Below are positions 12,727 through 24,933 of a stretch of 64,000 bases of DNA, piece after piece. Every line of letters begins with the position of its first letter. The first letter of the stretch is position 1. Both the position numbers and the translations under genes were made by a program. The notes beneath the pieces are model-generated. The model had not been told where the DNA came from. It saw only the letters and a list, made by a program, of their open reading frames with translations, and ran no database searches. Origin of the DNA: Adineta vaga (Eukaryota > Animalia > Rotifera); contig CP075495.1 in NCBI GenBank assembly GCA_021613535.1, forward strand, positions 682,001 through 746,000, written 5' to 3'.

Positions 12727-13379
12727 AATCGAATCATATTTACTGACAATAATTTCATTTATTAAACTATATTTTTGTTGTTCCATGAAATGAAAGTATA
12801 CATTCTTTTAAATAAATAATTCTTGAATATTGTGCGTGTTTTCCCGGTAAGAAATAGTCTGCATTCTTTTCTGTTCAATAAATTGTTGAAGAACAGACAT
12901 TCAACTAGACAAGATGTGTATCATTTTTACATTGAATATTTATTTTGTTCACTGGTGACTTCTATTTTCATACAGAGAAAAATCAAATACTTGGGATTTT
13001 GTTCATCAACTAAATGAAATAACATATTCTACATAAATAATTTCGATTAAAAATCCAATTGATCGAAAAGAAAGAAAAAAGATCACTATGGACTAAATAT
13101 TTTGTATATGTTTTCTTATGATTAAGAACGAAAGAAAAAGAAGAAACTGCATCCATTTATTTGTAGCACGGCGCGATTTGAATACTTACATTTTCATAAA
13201 CAAGTCTTTATTATGTCTGATTTACCAACAAATTCTTCTCGAGTCAAAATCACACTTGTTATTGGTATCAGTATATATGAAAACGAAATTCTACTATAAT
13301 GACGCAAATGAGATTTCTTATTCATCATGGAGAAGCAAAATTAAACTTAAAACGCAAAGAATTTCAGTCAATAGACAAC

Positions 13380-14010
13380 GATGATAGTATTTTATTTTAT
13401 TTTGCTGGATATGGATCACAATGGGAAGTATAAGATGAAGAATGATTTGAATACAAATTGAAAGTATTATTTAATTCCATCGAATGATTTAAAAAAAGAA
13501 AATATTCAATGAACGGGTTCTGATTTGCTTTTTCTTAGATTATTGTCGAACTTATCGTTTTTATAATTCTTTAAAAGCTAGTTCATTAATTGTATTTGCA
13601 CATGTGCACCGGAAACAAATGCTAATGATGGAAAGAATGAAGAAACATATGGATTATTTACAAAATATCTTCTTCAAAACCAAATGAAGATATTGAAATA
13701 CTTTTATGTCGTGTTAGAAAATAACATACTATGGAAATTCTATTTTAAGATATAATCATGTTTATTTATTCAATGAAAAAAAGGTAAAAATAATTCTATT
13801 TTCTATTTCTTTGTTTTCAAGAAGAAAAATGAAATGTCGAAATTTCGAATCTGAATATTTCAATAATTAGAAATGATTAACGAGAGATCTTAATGTCTAC
13901 AAACACACCCACACCCTCAAGATTGGAATCATCGAATAATGCGTTGGTGTAAAGATAAGAAAGAAGATGAAATAATGGTTGGTAAAAATGAATTAAATCA
14001 ATTATCCTAC
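13380..14010 (+). pseudogene. Decayed caspase(C14)-NHL gene
   Basis: DDSILFYFAGYGSQW (compare LVLFYFSGHGYQ), YYLIPSND, SLIVFA..APETNANDG..GLFTKYLLQ..NEDIE, then the NHL fragment WNHRIMRWCKDKKEDEIMVG at 13924-14010. Confidence 0.75.
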
Positions 14011-14189
14011 TTGAATGCTCTCGGCAGTATCCTCGTTGTTATCTTCGCTTTCATCACTCTCAAGAGAAAAACTGTAATTCATATTGACAGAGTTGCATAA
14101 CAACATTGACTTTGTAAACTATTTTGTGATTATTCGAGAAAGAAATTTTAATAAAATAAAAACTATTCATAAGTTTTCGTAAAACAAAT

Positions 14190-14940
14190 CAAGATTTTAT
14201 CTTCAAGAAAAAGATAGACAAAGATTATATTCTTTTTCATCCGGTTTTCATTCAAGTCAAAGCTATAAAGCTGATTTATTATTTCCACCAACAATAACTT
14301 CACCTTGTTTTTCTCCTTCACACCAGCGCATTATTCGATCATTGAGACTATCTGCTACGTATATTTAACCCAAACAATCGACTATAACTCCTTGTCGAGC
14401 ATCTTTTTTCCATTCCATTACACGATGATTTTTCATGTCGGATACATAAACCGATTGTTCATCATCAACAAAAATGTACGTAGGACAATTGAGTTGATGA
14501 AAAGCGTCTCCTTGCCTATAGCCACTAGCCACTATTATTCCTTCCTTTTCCTATTTTCCATCTTCTTACTTCATCTTTTTGCCAATTAGAGACATAAAGA
14601 TATCCATATTTATCCATTGCCATACCCCAACAATCAATATTTTTAATGAGAATTTGTTGATTTTGATTTGATCATCGAATGACGTGGTTGTTCCCTCGAT
14701 CTGCGATAATCAATGAATGATCTTGTTGATCAACAGTTAAAGTTGTTGGATCCTGTAATTTATTTCTATCTGCAATAACTTGTTTCTGTTTTGTATTATA
14801 GTTTCATTTAACAACACGATTATTTCTTGAATCAACAATATAAATATTTTTGTCTTGAATAAAAAATGACACGTGGAATTTGTTCCCTAAGCGATTGTTC
14901 AAAAACATCATTGGTAACATCGCTTAATACCATTCTCAAC
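14190..14940 (-). pseudogene. Decayed NHL-repeat propeller
   Basis: TVDQQDHSLIIADRGN and VDCLG*IYVADSLNDRIMRWCEGEKQGEVIVGGN, with stops and frameshifts. Confidence 0.85.
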
Positions 14941-15294
14941 ACCTTCATACATATGTTTTTTATGTATCAGAATGGCTATCTCTCTTCATGATTCGTTTCA
15001 ATAATAATAGTAGAAGTATGTCTGTGAAACAATGTTCTATTCAAAACATACAAAATATATATAGAAATACTGTTATTGATACTGTACAGAATCAGAAAGT
15101 TATCATAAATGTGTATGACGACGATAAATTTAATTATGTAAAGCTGACTGCGTTTGAGGGTTAGTGTGAGAATCAACCGATAGGTAGTATTAATTATATA
15201 TAAGTTTGTATAAACGTGAATGTGAAAATAAAACATGCTTATTCAGCTACATAGTCATTTTTATTTTCAAAAACTGATTGTCATTCACGACTGA

Positions 15295-15480
15295 ATTCAA
15301 ATCTTTGGATTCGATTATTTCCAAAATCAATAACATACATATTTTTATTGAAATCAAATGATAAATTAGTTAGATGATTTAATTGATTTCATTTCCACCA
15401 ACAACAATTTTATACCTCCTTTCCCTCCTTTAGACCAATACATGACTCGATGATTATCACAATCTGGGATAAAGATTCGA
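15295..15480 (-). pseudogene. NHL-repeat fragment
   Basis: IFIPDCDNHRVMYWSKGGKGG then IVVGGN in a shifted frame. Confidence 0.7.
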
Positions 15481-15911
15481 TGAAAATACTCACCAAACAT
15501 GTTGAGAGTGTGTCGGTAATGATACATCTTTATTGAACACGCACACACACACACCGTAATGGATCAGTTCATGAAGGTCTATAATCATAATTAATATTTA
15601 TCACGCCTATGAGAAGAAAATATGAATACAAAGATTTTTCTGTAAAAGAAAATATTTCATAATCTGACAACTCTAAGAATATAATATCATTGATGCATAT
15701 AAAAATGAAGAAAAAAATCCGACAGGAATAATTGTCGATTGTCTCTTAAGGAAGAAAAATGTCAGAGAGATTTTCTTTCCTGTTCGCATCAAGTAAAAAA
15801 GAATAATGATATGTAGTTTGCTCTTGTCTTAATAAAAAAAAGAGATTGCCGTAAAAAGTAGTCTTATTAACACTTTTTCATTCTTCATTTTAAGAAAAAA
15901 GACGCAAAAAA

Positions 15912-16881
15912 ATGGGTGGACATAGTTCAAAAAAAGGCTTTACTGAATGGGATTTAATTGAATTTAGTAATATGACTGGTAAATCATCTTTTCTTTTTTT
16001 TACAAAAAAATATGATTTCTTTATTTTGATTCAGATGTTCCATTGACAACAGTTGAACAGATTTATAAAGAATTTCAACATATTACAGGAACAAATAATA
16101 AAATGGATAAAAAACAATTTCGTCATTTATACAAACAAATGTATATAAGTGCTCAATCAAGAACAAATACAGCACCATTCATTAAAGATCATGATTTAGA
16201 TAAAATGTCTGATCATGTTTTTGAAATTTATGATTCAGATGGATCAGGTTTGAAATTCTTTCTTTTCATTTCTCGTTATTATTATTATCTATTTATTTAT
16301 TTCATTTAGGAAAATTAACTTTTGAAGGTATAAAAATTCATTTTTACGAAAAAAGAGAAAAAAAAACAAATTTTAATTATATTTTTTTAGAATTTGCTGA
16401 ACTTTATTTAATGCTTAATCATTATAGTGGAAAAACATCGAATGGTGTTACATATCGAGAAAAATTTAATTATCTTTTAGATCAATATGATATAACACCT
16501 GGTTAGATTTACATAAGTTTTTTTTTCTTTTGAAATTCTTTTTCTTTAGGTTATATAACACGTGAACATGGTCAACAAGTTTTTCATCGTTTAAATCAAT
16601 ACAATCGGTATATAGAAATCTTTTTTGTTATTGAATAAGAAAACATTTTCATTTAGTTTAAGTAATTTAAATACAAATAAACAAATTTCAAATCCAACAA
16701 CATGGGAACACCATTGGAATAAACTTGATGATGGAACTGGACGGTATTTTAGTTATATATCAATTGTATTTGTATTCAAATTCACTTTTTCATTTCATTT
16801 AGAGTATCAAAAGATAAACTTATTGATTATGTTACTGAATCAAATGAATATAAACATCATTTTCATCCTACACCTACTTAA
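15912..16881 (+). CDS. N-myristoylated EF-hand calcium sensor (NCS/recoverin-like), 7 exons
   Basis: MGGHSSK start at 15912. The spliced EF loop DSDGSGKLTFEE is built across an 18-nt micro-exon (16310-16327). All introns are GT-AG and phase-compatible; stop at 16879-16881. Confidence 0.8.
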
Positions 16882-17146
16882 TTTCAATTTATATGTTTGT
16901 CGTTGTATTTTAAACAATATATATATATTTAATCATGCGAAACAAAAAGAAAAATTTCTCCTGTCCAGAGAAGAGAGTAATAGTGGGCTTTACATGAATT
17001 CATTTAGAAATAAACTATTTTATGTGTAGATAAAGTTGAGCATAACTAACATCTGTTGCTTTATTTTTCCTTTAATCTTTTTCAAAGGAAATAACAAGTC
17101 AGTTTTTCTTCGATATTTTCTTTTTCATTGGAATACACAAAAGGAT

Positions 17147-18576
17147 ATGCCTAACAACGCCGTTGGAGTTACCGAAGTAATTTCTTATTCTTAATTTCAT
17201 TCTAATAAATAATCGGCTTTTTTGTCTTAGTCTCAAGCAAATCCTTTGACTCGATCACAATTATTGTATAAATTTAAAATATTTAAAAAAAATATTTCAC
17301 ACTCTCTTTCTTCTTCTTTCTCTTAGATATGAATATGTTCGAAAAAAGCTAAAGAAAATTATCTTAATTAGTATTATTTCTATTGTGATAATAATATCAA
17401 GTGTTATTCTCACAATTTTCATACCAAAAAAACAATCAATTACCCTAATAACTGAAACAAGAATAACTCGAACAACAACGACAATTCAAACAACGACTTC
17501 ATCGAAAACAATTAGAAGTAAGAATAATCAAAGTTTGAACAAGAATGTTTGATGAGAAATTTCATTTAGAATGGACAGAAACTGGAAAAATAAATTTACC
17601 TCGAGGGTCTCACACAGCAACTGTATTAAAAAATGGAAAAGTATTGATTACAGGTGGTGCAGACTTGGAGTCTAGTCTCTCGAAATGTGAATTGTATGAT
17701 CCACGAACAGGTAAATGGAAAACAGTAGCGAGTATGTCCATTGGAAGAACAGATCATACAGCATCCCTATTGGCAAATGGATTAGTATTAGTTACTGGAG
17801 GAGAAACGCTTGATAAATTTCATCAAAGCGCTGAACTGTATAATGTATCAAAAAATACATGGAAAAAGACTGGAAATATGTTTCATGCACGTAGTGATCA
17901 CACTGCAACTGTTTTGAAGAATGGAAAAGTATTAGTTACTGGTGGAATAACGAATGAATATATATATTTAAACACTGCCGAATTGTATGATCCATCTACA
18001 GAGACTTGGACAATGACTGATAGTATGTTTTTCGATCGTATATTTCATACAGCATCTTTATTATCAGATGGTAATGTGTTAATTACTGGTGGATATTGTA
18101 AGGATCTGTTGATTAATCGGAATAGTACTGAACTATATAACTCAACATCAGGTAAATGGATACTTACAAGTCATATGCATAAAAAACGATCCGACCACAC
18201 AGCAACCGTATTAACAGATGGAAACGTTTTAATAGCTGGTGGTCAGTATAATGATACTGATTCTCTTGTCAGTGCCGAATTGTATGATCCAATAACAAAT
18301 CAATGGACAAGTGCAGGCAACATGAACATATCACGTATGTATCATACAGCATCTCTCTTATCAGATGGAACAGTTTTAGTCACTGGTGGATTGGATTTTG
18401 AAAGTCAAGATAGTACTGAGTTATATGATCCATTAACAAACAGTTGGACACAGATGGATTCTATGAAACTGGGACGTGTTCATCATACGGCGTCTCTATT
18501 AGAAGACGGACGAATATTAGTTACTGGTAGCGGAGGCGACATTAGTGATAGAGGAAGAATTACAGAACTCTATTGA
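17147..18576 (+). CDS. Type II membrane protein with Thr stalk and ~7 Kelch repeats, 4 exons
   Basis: Repeated R..HTA..L.(N/D)G.VL.TGG......AELYDP...W. Upstream short exons give an N-terminal TM helix (IILISIISIVIIISSVILTIFI). Confidence 0.85.
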
Positions 18577-18726
18577 TTAATTTTCTTTTTACAAAACTAA
18601 CAATTGAATGATAAAAAGTCTTGTTGAAATATATTTATTTTTACTGTACTCATAAATGACAAATAAGAAACAATATAAACTTAAAAAATTGAGCTTAAAT
18701 TTAAATTTATTTATTTTTTCTTTCTT

Positions 18727-20543
18727 TTATGATGTATCGATATCAAATTTTTGAACACGATCGTTACTACAATCAACAACATAGAGACGACCTTCACGAT
18801 CAATAGCAACACCTGTTGGACAACTAAATTGATTTGATTGTTTTCCTCGTCCTTTTTCTCCAACGACAATACTTCCTTCATTTGCACCTCGTAACCAACG
18901 TACAATTCGATGATTATAACAATCAGCAATATAAATACTTCCAAAATGATCAACAATAACACCTTCTGGATGAGATAATTGTGTAAGATTATTACCTTGA
19001 CCATGTCCACCAGCAACAAGAATACCTTCTTTAGCATCTTTTTTCCATTTCATAATTCGATTATTATTTCGATCAGAAACATAAATTGAAAGTTCATGAT
19101 CAACAAAGATAAATGTCGGAAAATTTAATTGATTTAAATGATCACCTTTTCCATTTCCACCCGCAACAATAGTTCCATATGTTTCATTTTGTTTCCATCG
19201 TCGAACTTCATTATTTTCTGTATCAGATACATAAAGATCTCCATAATAATCAACTGTTAAACCACAACAATTTATATTTGATATAATTGTTTGTTGATTT
19301 AAACGATTACGACGTGAACAACGAACAACACGTCGATTTCCATAATCACAAATAATTAATGAATCACTTATTTTATCTACAATAACATCCGTTGGACGAT
19401 TTAATTGATCTGAACGATTTCCTTTTCCATTTCCACCTGCAACAACTTGTCCATTATTTGCACCACATTTCCATTCAACAATTCGATGATTTCCAAGATC
19501 AGCTATGTAAATTTTATGTTCATTTGTTTGAATACCAATTCCATGTGGACAATATAATTGATTTGTTTGTGTTCCATTACCATATCCACCTGCAATTGTT
19601 GTTCCATATTGTTTCCATTTGGTATTAATTTCTAAATTTTTCGAAAGAATACTTCGTGCTAAAAGAACAAAAATTATCTGAATTATTCTTTAAAAAAAAG
19701 AAATTCAATATCTTACCAAGATTAGCTAAAGGTGTTTCATTTAAAAAGACATGTCCACGTCGATATAATGCATTGATACTTAATGGTCGTTGTCTCCGAT
19801 TACTTTCTTCGAAAACATCAGCAGCAATACCTTGAAAAATTTGAACAATATCTTCATTAGGATTTGCAATATGTTTTAATAAATGTTTTGTAAATAAACC
19901 ATTTCGTTCATCATCTAAACCATCACTTGCTGTTTGATCAGCATCACATGCAAATTGTATAAATGTTCCAGCAGGAGATTTCATTGTATGTAAACCTTTA
20001 CCTTCTGTTACAGCTAGAAGAACAAAAAAAAGTCATTTGTTAGAAAGAATAAACATTGGAAATTTAAAGAAAAGAAGAGATAAAACCTTTAGGTTTTGGA
20101 CTTCGTTTTGGCCAATATAATCGACAACAATCAAGAATACATATTGTAACATAGGAAGAAGTTTTTTCTGCTAATCTTTTAATTGTACGTTCAACCGGAA
20201 TAGCAAAATCTTCAACATCATCTTCAGTTTCAATTTGTCCATCATCAATTGGCATAAGATAATTTGTTCCTTTAATTTGATAACCATGTCCAGAAAAATA
20301 AAATAAAACTAAATCACCATCATTGATTGTCTTAGAAAAACTATTGATTGTTGCAATCATTTGTGAACTTGTTAGATCAAGTTTTGTTGTCACATGAAAA
20401 CGAATATTTGATAAAATTTCACTAAGATCATTCGCATCATTATTACAATGACGAAGTTTACTTTCTGGTCGAATATAATTATTATTTCCAATAACAAGTG
20501 CTAATTTTCGACGAGGATGTAATGTTCGATGGATTGTAGCCAT
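18727..20543 (-). CDS. Caspase-family (peptidase C14, paracaspase/bacterial-like) domain fused to a 6-bladed NHL propeller; exons 20543-20087, 20013-19717, 19658-18727
   Basis: KLALVIGNNNY, catalytic FSGHG and ILDCCR, p10-like FIQFAC...NGLFTKHLL, NHL repeats AGGNG.G....QL..P. Splice phases are consistent. Confidence 0.92.
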
Positions 20544-22835
20544 GAAGTTTTTATCTCAAAGTTAAGAAAAAAAAAAGAAAAGTACAAGGCAATATCGATG
20601 ATTTCTGACATGACACTCAAAAACGATCCAATCAAAGGACGATGAATACGCGACAAGTATGAAGATGCACTTGTTTAATTATCTCCTTGAGTATTAAATT
20701 GTACTCTTTCCATCAAATGAATATATTTTCATCAATGTCTTTTGTATTTCTCTCTGTCTCACTCAACTCATATTCATTTATTAAAAATAAATATAATAAT
20801 AATAATAATAATCATCATTATTCAATACATTACTTGATCATTAGACGTATCTCTTAGAAGAGAAAAGAACGAAAGTGCAATGATGAGTTAAACACTGTCA
20901 ATGATACACATAATGTACATGGACACAGGAAAGAGAAGGGAGAAAAAAAGAGAACGGATTGTCAAATAAATACATCACTATTGAACTATTGAAGCGCTTA
21001 CATATTGACTTGTGAATAACGATGTGACGTCAGTGTCATTGCTTGGTGCGAGTGATACACGTGGGTGTGTCAATATCAAACAGGAAGAAAAAAATGATAT
21101 TGAAAAGCAACTTATCGTCAAGGAATAGAAATGTTTGTATAATTGAATAAGGTTATCTTATAATTTGTGAGAATTTATTTCTCATTAAGTAAATCATAAG
21201 CTAAACGACACAAATATTTTTATTAATTTATCAGATTAGTTCTTTTCAGTGTACTCAAATAGTGAATATAATATTATTAATATAATCCTTCTGACTAACT
21301 ACAAAGCCAGACATTTACGAAATTTCAAAACTACTGGTCATTTGAGACATTTCTAAACATCTTGGTTTCTGGATGCAGTTTTTGTGCATTTTGAGACTTT
21401 TCTAAATTATCGAATAATTGAACCTTTGATTGGTTTTATAATAAGAATTGCAACTCTCGATGTATATTTCATAATACTTTCATTGTTATGTTTAATAGTC
21501 AATTTAGAATTATACTTATCGTTAATTTCAATGTATTTATTTTCTCTTTTGTATTTTATTATATTTTGTATTTGAACATTTTTATGTGAATTTCTATAAT
21601 TCAAGAAAATGTTCATTTGTTTCATGTATATTCTAATATTAATGATTATAATTTCGATTAATTTTACTTCGTTGGATTAACTATATTTAATTATATAAAT
21701 AACATAAATTATTTTATGTATTTTTATTAAATATCGATTGAATTTCATAACGATACATTTAGTTCTTCAGTAGAATGTCATATTTTATTTTAATTCAAAT
21801 AGTTTCGTGTTCATCAACGGATAAGTTTCTTGTTGGAAAATTGAGAAGAACATTTGAATTAATTTTAGATTTAGTTTTGATAATTTCATTTCTAAGAATA
21901 ATTCTTTGATGAAAACTTTCTAATAGAACAATTTTGTGAAATCTTTTATGTTGATCGATTTTTAATTTATATAAAAAGTAAATGATGAATTAATATTATT
22001 TCGATCAAAAATATTGATATTTGAATGATTCACAGTCAATAAAGATATTTTTGTTTTACAGTTACTTTCGTAAATGACGCGTTTCATCGATCAACTCTAC
22101 AATCATTTGACTTTCTTCGTTTTCATTTCTGTGAATATTTTTTCTGTTCTTTCGTCATTCGTTCGTTGTTTTTCTCTGTTAAATTCTTAATTTGTTAAAT
22201 ATTCTTTTATATTTTTCATTTTGAAAATAATATCTTCGATCATTTCATCAATCAAAATAAACTCAAATTCAACAAAATTTAAATAACTTTTCCATCCGAT
22301 TTCAACTTTTTTTTTTCTTCGTTTTCACTCGTAAAATTTGTTGAAGTTTTAAGAAATCACATCGAATTTGTCAAAACATTCGCAAAAAGAATCGTTTTTT
22401 AGAAATATTTCTTCAAACAACATTTACAAATAATTTTCTTCGAAAATCCTTCGAATCCAAATTAATATTTAATCATTTTAAATCGATATTTGATCAAAAC
22501 AAATTCTTTTTTTTATTTTCAAAGAAACAAAATTATCAAAAACACAAAATCTTTGATTCAACGAACATTTTTATCAAATCAAAACATTTCTTCTGCATAA
22601 TTTCATTTCAATTTAATCAAAAATCATTTTTCACGACAAGAAAAATTCTTTGACAAATCAATTTCAGCGAAACAAATCAACTTTTTCATTTTTTTCCATT
22701 CTAAGTCTTTACAAAAAACTAAAAGATTTTCTCAATTTTATTTCGAAAAAAATCTTTTTTCTTTTTTAAAATCAAAATCAAATCAACAAAAATCGTTTTT
22801 TATCAAATCTTTTCGTTTGAAATACAAAGTTCATT

Positions 22836-24933
22836 TCAATGAATTTTATCAAATCGAACAATTCGATCATTTCCCCAATCTGAAACATAAAGATTTCCTT
22901 CTAAATCAAATGATAAACCAGAAGGACAATTCAATTGATTTGATTCACTTCCTTTACCATTTCCACCAACAACAATCTCCCCTTCTTCATCTCCTTCACA
23001 CCATCGCATTATTCGATGATTCCCACAATCTGCCACATAGATTTGATTCCATTCATCAACAAACAATCCTTCAGGACAATTCAATTGATTGAGATTATTT
23101 CCTTCATCATTTCCTCCAGCCACAACAATTCCTTCCTTCGCATCTTTTCTCCATTTCATCACACGATGATTCCAATGATCTGAAACATAAAGAGATTGAT
23201 CTTTATCAACAAAGATGAACGAAGGACAGTTGAGTTGATTTCTTTGATTTCCTTTTCCATTTCCACCTGCAACTAATATTCCTTCTTTGTTTTTATTAAT
23301 CTTTTCTAACTTCCATTTTCTCACTTCATTCTTCTCCCAATCAGAAACATAAATAAATCCATGTTGATCCATTGTTAAACGAGAACAATCAATATTTTGA
23401 ATGAGAATTTGTTGTTTTTGATCTCTTGACCATCGCATCACTCGGCTGTTCCATCGATCAGTAATGATGATTGAATGATTTTGTTGATCAACAATCACAT
23501 CTGTTGGCCAATACAATTGATCTATTCTCTCTCCTTGTCCATTTCCACCTGCAATGATTTGTCCTTGTTTTTCATCACATTTCCATTCAACAATACGATG
23601 ATTCCCATAATCAGCAATGAAAATGTTTTTGTTTTCATCAATAAAGATCCCTTCAGGGCCACAGAGTTGATTTAATTGATTTCCTTTTCCATTTCCTCCC
23701 GCAAGAATTGTTCCATTTTGTTGAAATTTCGTTTCTAAACAAAGAAAAGAAAAAAGATTTGTGAAAAAGAAAATTTTAAAGAAAAGAAAAGATTTGAAAT
23801 TGATGAAAAAACGAAAGATTTTCTTTTTGATTTGATTTTCATTCGAAATTGAGTTTGAATTTTTTGATTAAAAGTAAATGAGAAATGTTTGATTTATTTG
23901 AATCTTTGATTTTATTCAAAAAGAAACTTTTCTAAGAAGCTCTTTAGAATTAATTTTGTTCATAGAAAAGATTTCAATGAAAACAAATTTGATTTTAATT
24001 TTTTTCGAAGAAATTAAAGAAAAAAACCGAAAATTTTCTTTGTTTTTTGACGAGATTTGGAATAAGAAAATCATTCGTTTCTTTTGTTTTATCAATTAAA
24101 AGATCAAAGAACATCTCATTTTCTTTTTAATTTTCAAATATTTTGAGATTTATTTTGTTAAAAAGAAAAGATTAAATTGAAATGAATTTACTTTGATTTA
24201 TTTTAATTTTTGTTAAATTAATTTGATTTGTTGCTGTTGCTAATGAATCTTCATTATCTTCGTCATCATTAATTTCAATTAAATGAACAATATATGATCC
24301 ATTTGGATGATCTAATGCATTAGATTTGACACGAAATTGAGTTCCCATTGATAAAATAATTTCATCTTCATTTTCATATTCTGTATAACCCGATACTTTT
24401 TTTCCTTTTAATGCTTCAATTAAAAACATAGTTGATTTTTGATTATCTCCAAGAAAATGTTTAATAACATTAACAGATGATGAACATGAATTGATTGACC
24501 ACCAAGTTAAAAGTTGATTTTTAATAAAATGTTTTCCAATATCTTCAGGAATTCCTCTCCAAATAATTTCTTTAACAGTTGGTAATTTATTCAATGCAGA
24601 ATGAAATAATTTTAAATAAGGAAACCAAATTTTAATAATTTGTCTATTTTCATTTCTTAATGCTTGATTTAAAAGACGATATAAAGTTTGTTCACCCCAT
24701 TCCATTGTATAAATATAAATCGAAGCTGATTCATCACGTGTTAATCCATCTGAAGATGGATAATGACAATGTTTTTTTGCGATTTTTATATAATATTGTA
24801 ATTGATCAATTTGTGATTCAATTGGTTTTAATGCTTCATCAATTGAAACGAGTTTTTGACTTTGAAAACCATAAATTGGTGTTAATCTTTTAAATGAACA
24901 ATCAATATCACTAAAACGATTTTTTGTTGTCAT
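22836..24933 (-). CDS. ADP-ribosyltransferase (R-S-E class) fused to an NHL propeller, copy A; exons 24933-24192 and 23734-22836
   Basis: IYTMEW..LYRLLNQALR, WRG, SCS, ENEDEIIL. A 457-nt GT-AG intron joins in frame (NQ-K-TKFQQNG) to the NHL repeats. Confidence 0.92.

Noticed and set aside
6704-20543. Bacterial contamination explaining the microbial-like genes
   Set aside because: The genes carry GT-AG introns and are interleaved with GPCR and EF-hand genes of the same composition.
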